In this document: positions 10,939 to 21,800 of the stretch, piece by piece
How the letters are laid out: the number at the start of each line of letters is the position of its first letter
Position numbering within the stretch: the first letter of the stretch is position 1
Origin: a virus
Reading direction: 5' to 3' (one strand)
Length of the DNA: 64,000 nt
Virus record (IMG/VR): IMGVR_UViG_3300004369_000001
Coordinates: 1 to 64,000 of that record
The notes under the pieces: model-generated
The model's input: the letters and a program-made list of their open reading frames with translations, nothing else
The model's database searches: none
What the model was told of the DNA's origin: nothing
Translations under genes and position numbers: made by a program

Positions 10939-12780
10939 TTATTCGTCCTCGTTTCTGACACGGTTTGTGTACTCTGCAACAATCATGTTGGAAGTTGCAC
11001 CAGATGCCTGTCCTTGGATTTGCTCACTCTTCTGAAACTTCGGACTCACGCCAGGTGTAATGCTTTCAACTGTGATGTAATATTCACCAGATTTATCTGC
11101 ATTCGCAGCAAATGCAGTAACTGTTGCAGAAACGTTTGTTGTCTGACCGACAACAGTTTCTCCAATGACATAGTTTGCATTACCCTTGTTATTGACAAGA
11201 ATGACAGACTGAGATATGTGAGTATCACCATCACCAAGAGATCCAGCACCAATGATTGTTGCTAGTTGCTGAGGGGATCCACCGTCATAAACTTTGTCTG
11301 CCAATTGGAATAGAGTTAGGTTAACGCCACCCAATTCCTCTTCAATACCGTATTTGGATGATGCAATACCACCATCCAGATTTGTATCAAACTCAAATTC
11401 TGTCCCAGTGTTTACGAGGTCGGGAATGCCATCACCAACACCGTCCAATTCATCATCATCTTCAAACTTTCTATTGAGGATGAGACTGAGGGGAGTTGTG
11501 AATGCAACAATGTCGTCGTTAGGTGACTCAACCAAAACGTGTGGAGAAACGCCAGTTGCAGACGACTGTGCAGATCCTGCAACAAACTGAATAGACTTTG
11601 TTTTATCTGCAGAGTTACCACCGTCAATAAATGCAAGCTCGTCAACCTCAAAGGTTAGATACAAAGCGTGATCGATGGGATCCCAGTCATATACAATTGC
11701 GATCCTATTACTTGCGTTGTTTTGATACCTCTTTACTTGGTCAGTAACGTTGAAGACATATTGGGATACGCCATCGACATCATCCTGTAGTGTGTCGAGA
11801 AACACTTTTTGATCGTACCTGAAGTTTGTGCCTCTGTCACAACCAGTAAATGATGTTGATGTCTTACCTGTATATCTGACAATCTCTTTGTTAATGAGAA
11901 GTTTTCCAGATCCAGGGTAGGGAGCTGTTGTCTCTACGTTGATAGTGGTGTCGCTTGGGGAAACATTCTTAATAAGACCTGTAAGGTTATATAAGATCGA
12001 ATTAAGTGACTGTCTGTTTCTCTGCTTTCTGATTAAGTTTGTATCTCTAGCAAAGACAATTTTTGGAGGAGATGAATAACCATTACCAGGACTATCAATA
12101 TCGATATTAGTAATTTTACCGAGATTGATGTATGCCTTTGCAGTTGCACCTCTACCGCCACCACCAATAAGTTGAATGATTGGAGCAGTCTCAAAGAATT
12201 CACCTTGATTCGTGATGGTAACCCCAGTAACTTTACCAAACTGGTTTACACCGACAACTCCAGTGGCACCATCACCACCCCCACCACTGATGATGACGTT
12301 TGCATCTTCTGGTGTATAGTTTCTTCCTTCTCTTTCAATCTTAAGACCAGTAACAACTCCTGTTACTGGAATCAATTCAGCACCAGATCCACCACCACCT
12401 TGCACGTCCACAGTGGTGTTGGAGAAGTAGTTGTCACCATTGGATGTGATCTGAATATAATCAATCTCCCCAGTGTCTGTCAGGAAGACCTTACCTTCAG
12501 CACCATAAGCACCTTCATCTGTGCTATCGACAATCAAACGCAGGGGATCATACCCTTCACCTGGGTCTATGACCTTCACTGCAAGAATTCTGCCATTACT
12601 AATAATAGGACTCAACACGGCTTCCCTAACTGGGGTGCCACAATTGCCAATTGTCAATTTGGGAGGATCGTTTGGGTCATATCCCGACCCACCATCGACA
12701 ACAAAAACATCCCTAACCCCATATACACTATTGAATATGGGAGAGATTAAAGCACCAGAACCAGGGACTACTCTTGGCAT
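10939..12780 (-). CDS. Virion structural protein with GxGY-P..GGGG beta repeats
   Basis: 613 aa; repeated I.I.xxGxGY...P.I.I.GGGG.GA.A units like those in the gp7-like protein; lies between the gp9-like gene and gp8. Confidence 0.75.
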   Translation of the reverse strand: MPRVVPGSGALISPIFNSVYGVRDVFVVDGGSGYDPNDPPKLTIGNCGTPVREAVLSPIISNGRILAVKVIDPGEGYDPLRLIVDSTDEGAYGAEGKVFLTDTGEIDYIQITSNGDNYFSNTTVDVQGGGGSGAELIPVTGVVTGLKIEREGRNYTPEDANVIISGGGGDGATGVVGVNQFGKVTGVTITNQGEFFETAPIIQLIGGGGRGATAKAYINLGKITNIDIDSPGNGYSSPPKIVFARDTNLIRKQRNRQSLNSILYNLTGLIKNVSPSDTTINVETTAPYPGSGKLLINKEIVRYTGKTSTSFTGCDRGTNFRYDQKVFLDTLQDDVDGVSQYVFNVTDQVKRYQNNASNRIAIVYDWDPIDHALYLTFEVDELAFIDGGNSADKTKSIQFVAGSAQSSATGVSPHVLVESPNDDIVAFTTPLSLILNRKFEDDDELDGVGDGIPDLVNTGTEFEFDTNLDGGIASSKYGIEEELGGVNLTLFQLADKVYDGGSPQQLATIIGAGSLGDGDTHISQSVILVNNKGNANYVIGETVVGQTTNVSATVTAFAANADKSGEYYITVESITPGVSPKFQKSEQIQGQASGATSNMIVAEYTNRVRNEDE

Positions 12781-14255
12781 TAGACGACTACGATATTACC
12801 GACCATCAGGGGATGGATTGTGCATTGATAAACATACGTTGTGCCAGCGGCAAGCGACTGAGGCACAGTCCATAACTGGACACCCATCTGGTTTCCAGTA
12901 ACACCAGATACTGCAGATCCACCATTCGAGACGCGAATCTCTAGAGGATGGCTAGTAGCATTATTTTGGAATCTATAAGTAAATCCACGATAGACGTAGA
13001 TCGTGGGATCTGCCTGACCAGAGAATCCAGCACCAGTCAGAGTGTATTCGGTGCTTCCAGTGGCACTGAATATAATGTTACTTGCAGGGGAGTCAACAGC
13101 ATCCCATTGGTTAACACCGTAAATGATATTATCACCTTGAGATGCTGCGGGTAGTTTGAATGCAGTTGCCTGATCAATGGTCAGAGTTGATCCTGCAAGT
13201 TGCGTTGTGATCGTTGTGCTGCCAGTAATTGTAAACTCATCTGTAGCACTGGTAGCAGTGTAAGATCCACCCTGAGAGTCGTTGATGGTTTGCAGGACAT
13301 TCTGCACGACGTTGGGTGAGTCGTTAGTGATTGTCAGGTTGTTGGAATTCAGATTGGTGCTAATGCCACTACCGCCAACAAAGTTAATAGTGTCATTGGT
13401 GACCGTTGCATTTCTGCTGCCATTATCGGCACCGATTGTTGCAAATAAGTTTTGATCTGGATCTCCCAGAGCACCCGTCATGTCAATTGTCAGAGTATCT
13501 CCAGTGATGGATGTGGAGATGTTTGTGCCACCTGCAATAATTAAGGTATCGTTTGGAGCCGAGGCAGTTGTGGTGCCAGTGTCTGCATCAATGGTCTCAA
13601 ATAAGTTTGGACTAGATGCTGCGCCGCCTTCGCCAGTAGCATCGTTGGCAGGCTCCCATGCACCATTGGTATCATTCCACTTAAGGACTTGACCATCGGA
13701 AGGACCACCATTGACGGTTGTGTCAACGTCGGCAAGGATTGAAATGCCATCTCTGGAATCGAGAATTCTAATCCACTGCCCACCGTGAGCAAAATAACCA
13801 TTACCAGGATCATGTGCATGGGCAAACATACCATGGTGATCACCAGCAGTAGGCAGTGCTGCTACGTTTTCATAGTCACCAACATATTTTAGATAACCGT
13901 CTTGACCATCGATATATACCTTTCTGCTACCCTGACTACCTGCCTTGAGATCGATGTCCCCGACGCCATTGGGCTCAATAACAATATTTCCATTGTCTTC
14001 CGAGACAACTTTGAATTCCCCAACATTGAGGTCTGCACTGAGTCGATCGAGATGACCCTCAGCAAAGACAGATCCATTCCAACGCAACACCTGACCTGCC
14101 AAAGGTGCATTGATGTTGATTTGGAGATTGGTGTCGTTTCCTAATGAAGTATAGATTTCATCGATAACGGAATTGATTTTAATCGCACCGTCTCGTAGAG
14201 TATCACCTGTGCCGTCATTAGCGGCAGATCCAACGTTAAGATTTTGCTTTGCCAT
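12780..14255 (-). CDS. gp9/gp10-like baseplate-fibre connector with C-terminal cupredoxin (plastocyanin-like) domain
   Basis: N-terminus MAKQNLNVGSAANDGTGDTLRDGAIKIN is the gp9/gp10 N-terminal motif. C-terminus YRGFTYRF..SHPLEI...YVYQCTIHPLMVGNIVV has H/C/H/M type-1 copper ligand spacing. Confidence 0.75.
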   Translation of the reverse strand: MAKQNLNVGSAANDGTGDTLRDGAIKINSVIDEIYTSLGNDTNLQININAPLAGQVLRWNGSVFAEGHLDRLSADLNVGEFKVVSEDNGNIVIEPNGVGDIDLKAGSQGSRKVYIDGQDGYLKYVGDYENVAALPTAGDHHGMFAHAHDPGNGYFAHGGQWIRILDSRDGISILADVDTTVNGGPSDGQVLKWNDTNGAWEPANDATGEGGAASSPNLFETIDADTGTTTASAPNDTLIIAGGTNISTSITGDTLTIDMTGALGDPDQNLFATIGADNGSRNATVTNDTINFVGGSGISTNLNSNNLTITNDSPNVVQNVLQTINDSQGGSYTATSATDEFTITGSTTITTQLAGSTLTIDQATAFKLPAASQGDNIIYGVNQWDAVDSPASNIIFSATGSTEYTLTGAGFSGQADPTIYVYRGFTYRFQNNATSHPLEIRVSNGGSAVSGVTGNQMGVQLWTVPQSLAAGTTYVYQCTIHPLMVGNIVVV

Positions 14256-14277
14256 GGGAGGTAGTTTTCTACAGTGT

Positions 14278-14284
14278 TATTTAG
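14278..14284 (-). promoter_or_regulatory. T4-type late promoter (CTAAATA)
   Basis: Overlaps the stop of the YHYH gene, 23 nt upstream of the next start. Confidence 0.55.
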
Positions 14285-15879
14285 GTGCCATCAAAGGTTT
14301 GTGTCGTGGAGTCGAATGTTGAAGACGTGAAGGACAGATCAGCACCAGTCTGACCAGGACCACCACCCAAGACTGTTAATGTTGCAACATCTGACATCAG
14401 AGGTGAGTTTTCAGCTGGGGCAGGAGCACCAACGGGACCTCTAATCTCACACTTATATCTATACCCAGACATATATGCCAGGGCAGTAAAGGTGAGATTA
14501 TTGCTGGTTGCACCAGTAACTTGAGCATATGCAAAACCACCATCTGTCGATCTATACCAGCGATAACTGATAGGACCGTTTTCTGGCAGGATTTGTGCCG
14601 AGATGCTGAATGTAACTGACTGACCAGAGTTTGTAGATACGTTTTGGGGTTGTGCTGTAATTTGCAGAGTCGGTGGGGCTGGTGCTTCCCCACCACCACC
14701 TGACGGCGGAGGAGCGGGTGCAGCAGCACCATTGTTTGCAGGTTGGTTGATGGTTTCCCTTAGGGTAGATCCAATCATGTATGGAAATGCTGGATCATCT
14801 ACATCAGATTCCTGGGTAGAAAGGAAGTATGCATATGTGCCATTGGGAAATTCTGGGGTGACGCAAAATCTGCCATTATGATAATCTAGGTCACCGAGAC
14901 CCTCAATATACTCCCAGTCCTGCATCAGAGACCCTGCAGGTGGGTTTTGTGGTGTGTTACCGTAATCAGGTCTCCCATCAACCTCAATATTTCTTGTGCG
15001 ATACTGTGAAAGCATTGTCCTTGTATTTTGCGTTGCTTCCCAAGGATCTTCATAACCATAAGGTCCGTAGATGGGGAATCCATCAAAGGCAAATCCGACA
15101 AGTTTTGAATGACCGTCTGGATGTCTTAGGTTGTCGCCATTAAACTGACTACCACCGTAGTAGTCGTTGTAATTTGCCATGGCAGCATTCGCTTTCCAGC
15201 AGTCAAGGAAATGCGTGTCATGGTAGTGATACTGACCAGTTTGCTCTGGGTGTCCACCACAGGAATCATCACCAAAATCTACTGGCGATCCCTCAAAGTG
15301 AGCATTCCAGTTAAACCCCACAGGAGGATTACCACCATTTCCAGCACTGGGGTTAAAGAAAACAACACCATTAGCAGCAATGCCAATTGCGCCCAGTGGA
15401 GTTGCCGTGCGACCGTTTCTCTGGTCATAGTATGTGTAAGTCCTTCCTTCTCCATATGCAATAGTTTGTGGATCAGCAACAATAAGGTCTAAACGATCAT
15501 CTTCTGCTAACCAACACTCCCCAGCAATAGACGTGAATACTGGTCCTCTAAAAATAAACTTTTGCTTCCTTCCATCGGAAAATACAAAAAGCAAATTATC
15601 TCCAGGGACAATTAGTCCACTAGAGAAGAGAGAATTATCAGCGAGGGATATATTGATCGAGATGACGAATCCAGTTTGAGAAAATACATTATCATCAAAC
15701 TGCCTAGGTGTCCCAAACTGACCGCCACGATATAAAAACGTATGCTCGAAATCCTGCTCTGTTACAGAATTTGGATTGTTTTGATTCGGGAAAGTGCCGT
15801 AGGATACGGGAGTTGGCAATCCATCTCCCGTAACGGTTAGCGTCCTATCTGCTGATTCGTAGATTGCGGTTGCGGTCAT
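14281..15879 (-). CDS. YHYH-domain protein with C-terminal Ig-like domain
   Basis: GAIGIAANGVVFFNP, GGHP..GQYHYH, HSKLVGFAFDGFPIYGPYGY and DLDYHNGRFCVTPEFPNGTYAYF motifs; then a Pro/Gly linker and an Ig-like segment ITAQPQNVS...YRWYRS...YRYKCEI. Confidence 0.85.
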   Translation of the reverse strand: MTATAIYESADRTLTVTGDGLPTPVSYGTFPNQNNPNSVTEQDFEHTFLYRGGQFGTPRQFDDNVFSQTGFVISINISLADNSLFSSGLIVPGDNLLFVFSDGRKQKFIFRGPVFTSIAGECWLAEDDRLDLIVADPQTIAYGEGRTYTYYDQRNGRTATPLGAIGIAANGVVFFNPSAGNGGNPPVGFNWNAHFEGSPVDFGDDSCGGHPEQTGQYHYHDTHFLDCWKANAAMANYNDYYGGSQFNGDNLRHPDGHSKLVGFAFDGFPIYGPYGYEDPWEATQNTRTMLSQYRTRNIEVDGRPDYGNTPQNPPAGSLMQDWEYIEGLGDLDYHNGRFCVTPEFPNGTYAYFLSTQESDVDDPAFPYMIGSTLRETINQPANNGAAAPAPPPSGGGGEAPAPPTLQITAQPQNVSTNSGQSVTFSISAQILPENGPISYRWYRSTDGGFAYAQVTGATSNNLTFTALAYMSGYRYKCEIRGPVGAPAPAENSPLMSDVATLTVLGGGPGQTGADLSFTSSTFDSTTQTFDGT

Positions 15880-18800
15880 GCGTCGTCAAAAATTTGAGCA
15901 GGACTGAAGTTGGTGATTATTGTCGTGCCAATCTGGACCGACAGGATTGCGGAGTAACTGTAAACAGGTGTTGCGCCTGCTGCAGTGATTGCGACTCTAT
16001 ATTCATCACCATCATCTTGTTGTGTAGTAATACCTGTGTTGAAGATTGCTGAGTTGGCACCAACGATGTTAGACCATGAGGTCTGACCATATTCTTTCTT
16101 CTGCCACTGGTAATTCAATGTAGTTGTATTTATCGCCCCATCAGATGCCCTTCTAAATTCACCCACAACGGTGAAGGATGCAGTCTGACCTTGGTTGACT
16201 GTCACGTTAACGGGGTTGCTGAGGATTGCAATCAGACCTTCATCAACGATGATTGGGTTACCCGATGGATCGGTTGCCTCACCTGCGTAGATGTCCTGAC
16301 CGTTATTCACGGGCTCGCCCACAGGAGTTACAAAATCATCATCGACTGTGGTCTCGATCTGCACAACAGGAAGACCATATCCGACACCACTAGATTTAAC
16401 TTCAACTCTAGAGACTCCCATCATCGGGGTCACGCGAGCATCAAAACCAGTAGAGGAAATGATTTCAACGTTTGGTTTCGAGGTATATCCATCTCCAGGG
16501 TTGGTGATGCTAGCAGTGACGACTTGTCCGAGCGTGATTTCGGAAAGTGCCTCGGCATTACGACCCTTGACCGATCCTGTGTATTCAAAGGTAATCAAGG
16601 AGTTGGAAGATTCGATCAGAGCGACCTCACGAGCGAATTCTTCACCCTCAATTTCCAATTGGTCTCCAGACTCAATTGGAGGCACAACCGTTGCAGAGAT
16701 CACGTCAGCGTCGGATCCAATGTAGGAGAATCCAACAAATGTAGATCCAGCGCGAGGCACTTCAGAGAAGATGATTCTAGATCCGACAATTTCGTAAGAA
16801 ATACCAGGCTCTTGGATGATACCATTGAGAGAGATTAGGATATTATTCTCTGGCAGGATGGTGGCAGAAGAGACACCTTCTGTCAGTGTCAGGGAGTAGA
16901 AGATGCCATCCAACTTCAGGTTGAATGAAGACTTCAGCGAGTCAAACTCAAAACTGATATCATCAAGTTGACGGAGTTTGCCGATATAGTAACCGATGAA
17001 TTCGGATCCAATCTCGGGTGGCTCGGTAAACTGAATCTGGTCGGAGAATGCTGTATACGCTGCTCCAGGGGGTTGCAGGATGCCATTCACGAAGATTAGC
17101 ATGTGACCAGCAGGATCTGGGAAGTATGCCTGACCATTCTCGATAGACAGAGAGAAGTCAGCTTGCTGTCCATCAAATCCACGGAAGTAGCGATCGACTC
17201 TGCCAGTCAGAGTTGATGCCGTAGTAACACCAGCAGCCCAACCATCGTCACTTCTGAGGCTCATGTTGTTGGTGAATGCACCAACTGCTTGCTCCACCCA
17301 AATTCTAGCGGTAATACCATTCTGCTCAACAGCAGCAACCTTGCCATAAGATTGGTAGGCGGTCTCAGTTACACTAGAAACAGTTGCGTAGATTGTCGGG
17401 AATGCTGTGCCAACTTCAAACTTACCGATGTTATTGCCAGAGATATTCAGATCGGAAACAGGAGCGCCAGATCCAACAGGTTGGATATTGGCAATCCAAA
17501 GTTTGTGAGGTGTGACTGGATTTGTGGTGCCGTCATATGGTTGATACTTAGTGACGATAGCGGTGAATCCAGGATTCTTGATAACCGTGCCTTGCAGCAG
17601 GTTAACCTCATCTCCAGGTCTGAAAGTTGTAGCAATGCCAGCCTCAGTAAATGTAGAAGCAATATTCAATTCATAGACAGCGACGCCATGGATAATGTCG
17701 TTAACTTCAATGACGCCATTCGGTTGATAGATGCCTTGGACATCGAGAATGTAGTCAGTGAGGCTACCGTAGATAATATCGTTGCTTTCCCAACCGCTCT
17801 GGATTGTCTCAACATCCATAACAACACGACCACCTTCGTTACTGATGATGGATCCTGTCTTATTGTTGTAGAAGACGATATCTGCTTCGGTGTTGTCTGC
17901 TTTCTTGAAGATCTTGTCACCGTTAGCATAATCACCAAGATCAACGTTGATCAACATACGATCAGTCATAACCTCAATGGTGCCTTCTGTGAGGGAATCT
18001 TCTCCCACGAGGACATTGCCATTGACCCAAGCACCGCCAGTCTTGTCAATTACTTTAACAATCGCATAGCTATTGTTGTCATAGTAATTGACTTGTAGAA
18101 TTTGACCGATTGAGAGATTGTCACCGCTAAGATGAATTCTCTCACCATTCTCGAATGTGGAAGCCTGAGTATCTGTAAGGCTGAGACGGATATACATGAA
18201 GGTTTCTTTGATCACAGCAGTGTTAAACGACTGTGCAGAAATCTCAGCATGGACATCAGAAGTTGTGCCATACAGCACGTCAGCATTCAGAATTCCACCT
18301 TGGATCGGAGTTGTGTTGTCTGGGTTTCCATAAGTTGTAGTTTCTCTAACGATGCCAGATCTGACAACAACTTGGAAAAGGTGCTGATTTGTATCAGATG
18401 TGTCCAGAGCAAACGGTTGATATCTTGCATCATGTGTGCTATATTCACCAATCTCGAAGAAGGTAGAATCGGCATTGAGGACATAGTAATATGTCTGATT
18501 GATACCACTCAGAAGATTGCCAGATGTGGGAATATATTGGACAACATCGCCACGACGGAAGAAGTTGGCACGGTTGATTCTAACTCTGTATTCTGCTCTA
18601 TCATATCCAACTGGAACTGTTGGGGTGAGCACCACAAGTTGAGGATCTGTATTCCAATCATATCCCTCATCATAGGTTGTGCTAAGATTCACAACGTCAG
18701 TGGAAGGCACAAATGTTGTCTTGGTTTCTGTGGGGAATTGCGATCTCTCCAGAGCATACTCGAATGGGTTGATGGAAGAATCCATGTCATACTCAGTGGA

Positions 18801-21800
18801 TTCTTGATCCCACTCAGGTCTATTGGGTGGAATGTAGATGCCAGGAGTTGTGATGTAGGGTTGCCAACCAGCAGAGGTGGGAGAATAGATGATTGATTTC
18901 ACATACTCTCTGATACGAGTTAGGTGGTAGATCAGGTGTGTGCGAGTAACGTTTGTGTAGACAATGAAGTTGCCATCGCCATCAAACCAAGTTGACAGTT
19001 TATCAAACGCAGCGTTATTGCCTTTGGTGATGATATCGTAGATTACAGCGTCAATAACTTGATCTGCAAAGTCAGCATCGCCTGCATATGCGGGATAGAA
19101 GGTGACTGTCTGATCGTATGCTCTCTTCTTGATTGCTTCTCTGTTGAAGTGGATCAGGCGTGCATCAACCTTATTGCTGTTAGTGCCAGAGGCAAAGGCA
19201 GTCATATAGAGGTCAAAGAGGGTGTTAATTGCCTGACGCACGTCATAGCAGCTACCCATGTTGTATTCGGTTGGGGCAATATATGTGCCATCAACCTTGG
19301 TAACAGTAGATCCGTAGTAATTCAGACCGTTACCTGCAATGCCTTCATTAACACCTTGGATAAGGATGTCCATGAGTGTTGTGATGGCACCTGCTTGAGT
19401 TGCACATGCTTGATTCCAATCTGCCGTGCCCGTGCTGCCCACACTGAAGTCCCAAGTAACATCCAGATCTCTGATTGGGAGGTCTCCAGAATACTTACAT
19501 GGCCAAATATTTGGCAGAGATCCTGTGTAGGTGGCAGCACTCTTAGGATATGTAACAAGATTTCCACCACTAGGATCGGCAATCGTATCAGTTACGACTT
19601 GGATGAGTGCATTGACTTCGGTATCCACATCGGTGTCGCTGATTGCTGTGTCAATCGCTTTAACGCTGTAGGTGTTACCAGGAGAAACTGTTGGGTTGCC
19701 GCCTTGATAGATTTGCTTAGCAATATCTCTAGCGGTGTTGAAGATCCAGATGGACTCAGTGCTCTGAGAAGTAATATGCTGAAGATTGCCTTGGGAAATA
19801 TAGAATTCTGCAGATGTTACCATCATGTTATCGCCACCATTCTGCAGGTTCCAAGACATCCAGTAGATTAGATCTGCAACGTCGTGGACGCAGTTGATGT
19901 TACCACCAGGGATGGTCAGACTGGGATATTGAGCAACTCCACGCAGGACTGCTTCCTCAGCGATGAAACGGACGTTTTCTTCAATAGATCTTGCAGCAGC
20001 AATTCTGTTGTCGCTGGCACCATTTCTCTCGTAAGATTCAAATGTATAGGAGCTATCATTGTGACCGTCAATGTTGAAACGACCGAAACCGTTTCTAATT
20101 GTCAGAATTGCCATATCTCTGGCAAACTTAAACACAGTCTTAGTTGCTTCTTCCTCACCTTCAATGTGTGAGAGGAATCCATCTTCTCTAATGTAGAGTT
20201 TACCTGCTTCGTAGATTTCGGCGTTGCCACCAAATCTGATGTCATGGACCAGAGCATCAAGAATTCCAACAACGTCATCAATGCAATTTTGCTGACCACC
20301 AGGGACTTGGAAGTCTGCAAACTTGGACAAGTCATTCATCATGCCAACTGCTTCCTTGGCAATGATGTGCTTGTTGCGCTCGATCATATTTGCAGCGTCA
20401 ACATAGCTATTGGACTGAGATCTTGCCTGGTCGTATTGCTTGGGATCTAGAGTAACATCAGAATCTCTATATGCAGATCTGTTTGTGTATACTGCAGTGT
20501 AGTATTCATCTTGATAGATGGCAGCAGCACCCTGCCCAGCAGCAGTCTCTCCAGGAGACAGCAGCAGATTATTCACTGCCTTCTCACAAAGAGTCTTGGC
20601 AAACTCAAACGCATCGAGCATCGGTTGCAACTCATTTGTAATAAAGAGAATCTCGTTATCACTATTGAGATAGAAATCAATAGCAGCTTGTGTCTGATAG
20701 TTTCCACCAGTTGCTAAGTCGCCAATGATTGCGGGCAAGATGTGTTCCTTGAGGTCTCTGATGCAAGCAGATCTATCGGGAATGATCAAAGTCTGGACGT
20801 TATTGCCACCAAGACTAATGGTATACAGATTCTCGATATGTCCGACTGTCTCCTCGGCAATATAATCGCGGTTTTTCCAGATCAGATCACCAGCGTTTCT
20901 GAATCTATGACCAGTGGGTGCCAACTCATCAGCAATTGTATCACCCAGAGTATCAAGGCGAGACTCAACTGCAGATGTGCCACTCAGAGAATGGGGGACA
21001 CGCAGTTTTGTCGTATATGTGCCAGTCAGATCAGTATCGCTAGTGCTAATAACATACTGACACAGTTTGACAACTTCTCTCCAAGCATAGAGTGTTTGAA
21101 GCAGCTCGTTACCGATAAACTTAAGATCACCACCCTTGTTTCTATAGAAGCGGGAATTTACAATGACGTTGTAGTTACCACCATCTCTAAGGTCAGAAAC
21201 GATTGCAGGGATAATATAGTCCTTTGTATCTCGGATACAAATGTTAGTGCCATCCAAACCACCCTGATAGTCACCAGGGATGATGAAGTCTGGATAATGT
21301 GCCTGCATAATGCCCACTGCTTCTTCAGCAATCCACGCACGGTTAAGATTGATGATATCAGCAGCATCTTTAGCGAGTTGATTACCAAGATCAACCTCTT
21401 CAATCGTGATACGTTTTGCTTCGTAGTCAATAGCGCCAAGAGTAGCAGAAGAGAGGTTAGTATCCTCAAGTGTGGCATACACATCACCAGTGCCAACAAT
21501 GATTGGTTGCTGAGCATTCAGACCCAGGACAACGCCAAGGCGAGTGAAGTCAACTGAGGTTGCAACAGTGAATGCTGCAGTGAAATCTGCATAACCCTTT
21601 CTAACGCAGATGTTATCGAGGTAACCCTCAAAGTTATTTGCACCAGCAGCATCAGCGCCAATGTGCATTTCTTGACTGATGCCATAGTTGTTATTATCTA
21701 CGGCACTTGCCACTTCAGCACCATTCAGGAAAATGCGAATGGTTGATGTTGTGACATCTTTAGCCACTGCAATGTGATACCATGTGTCGGTTGCCATTGC

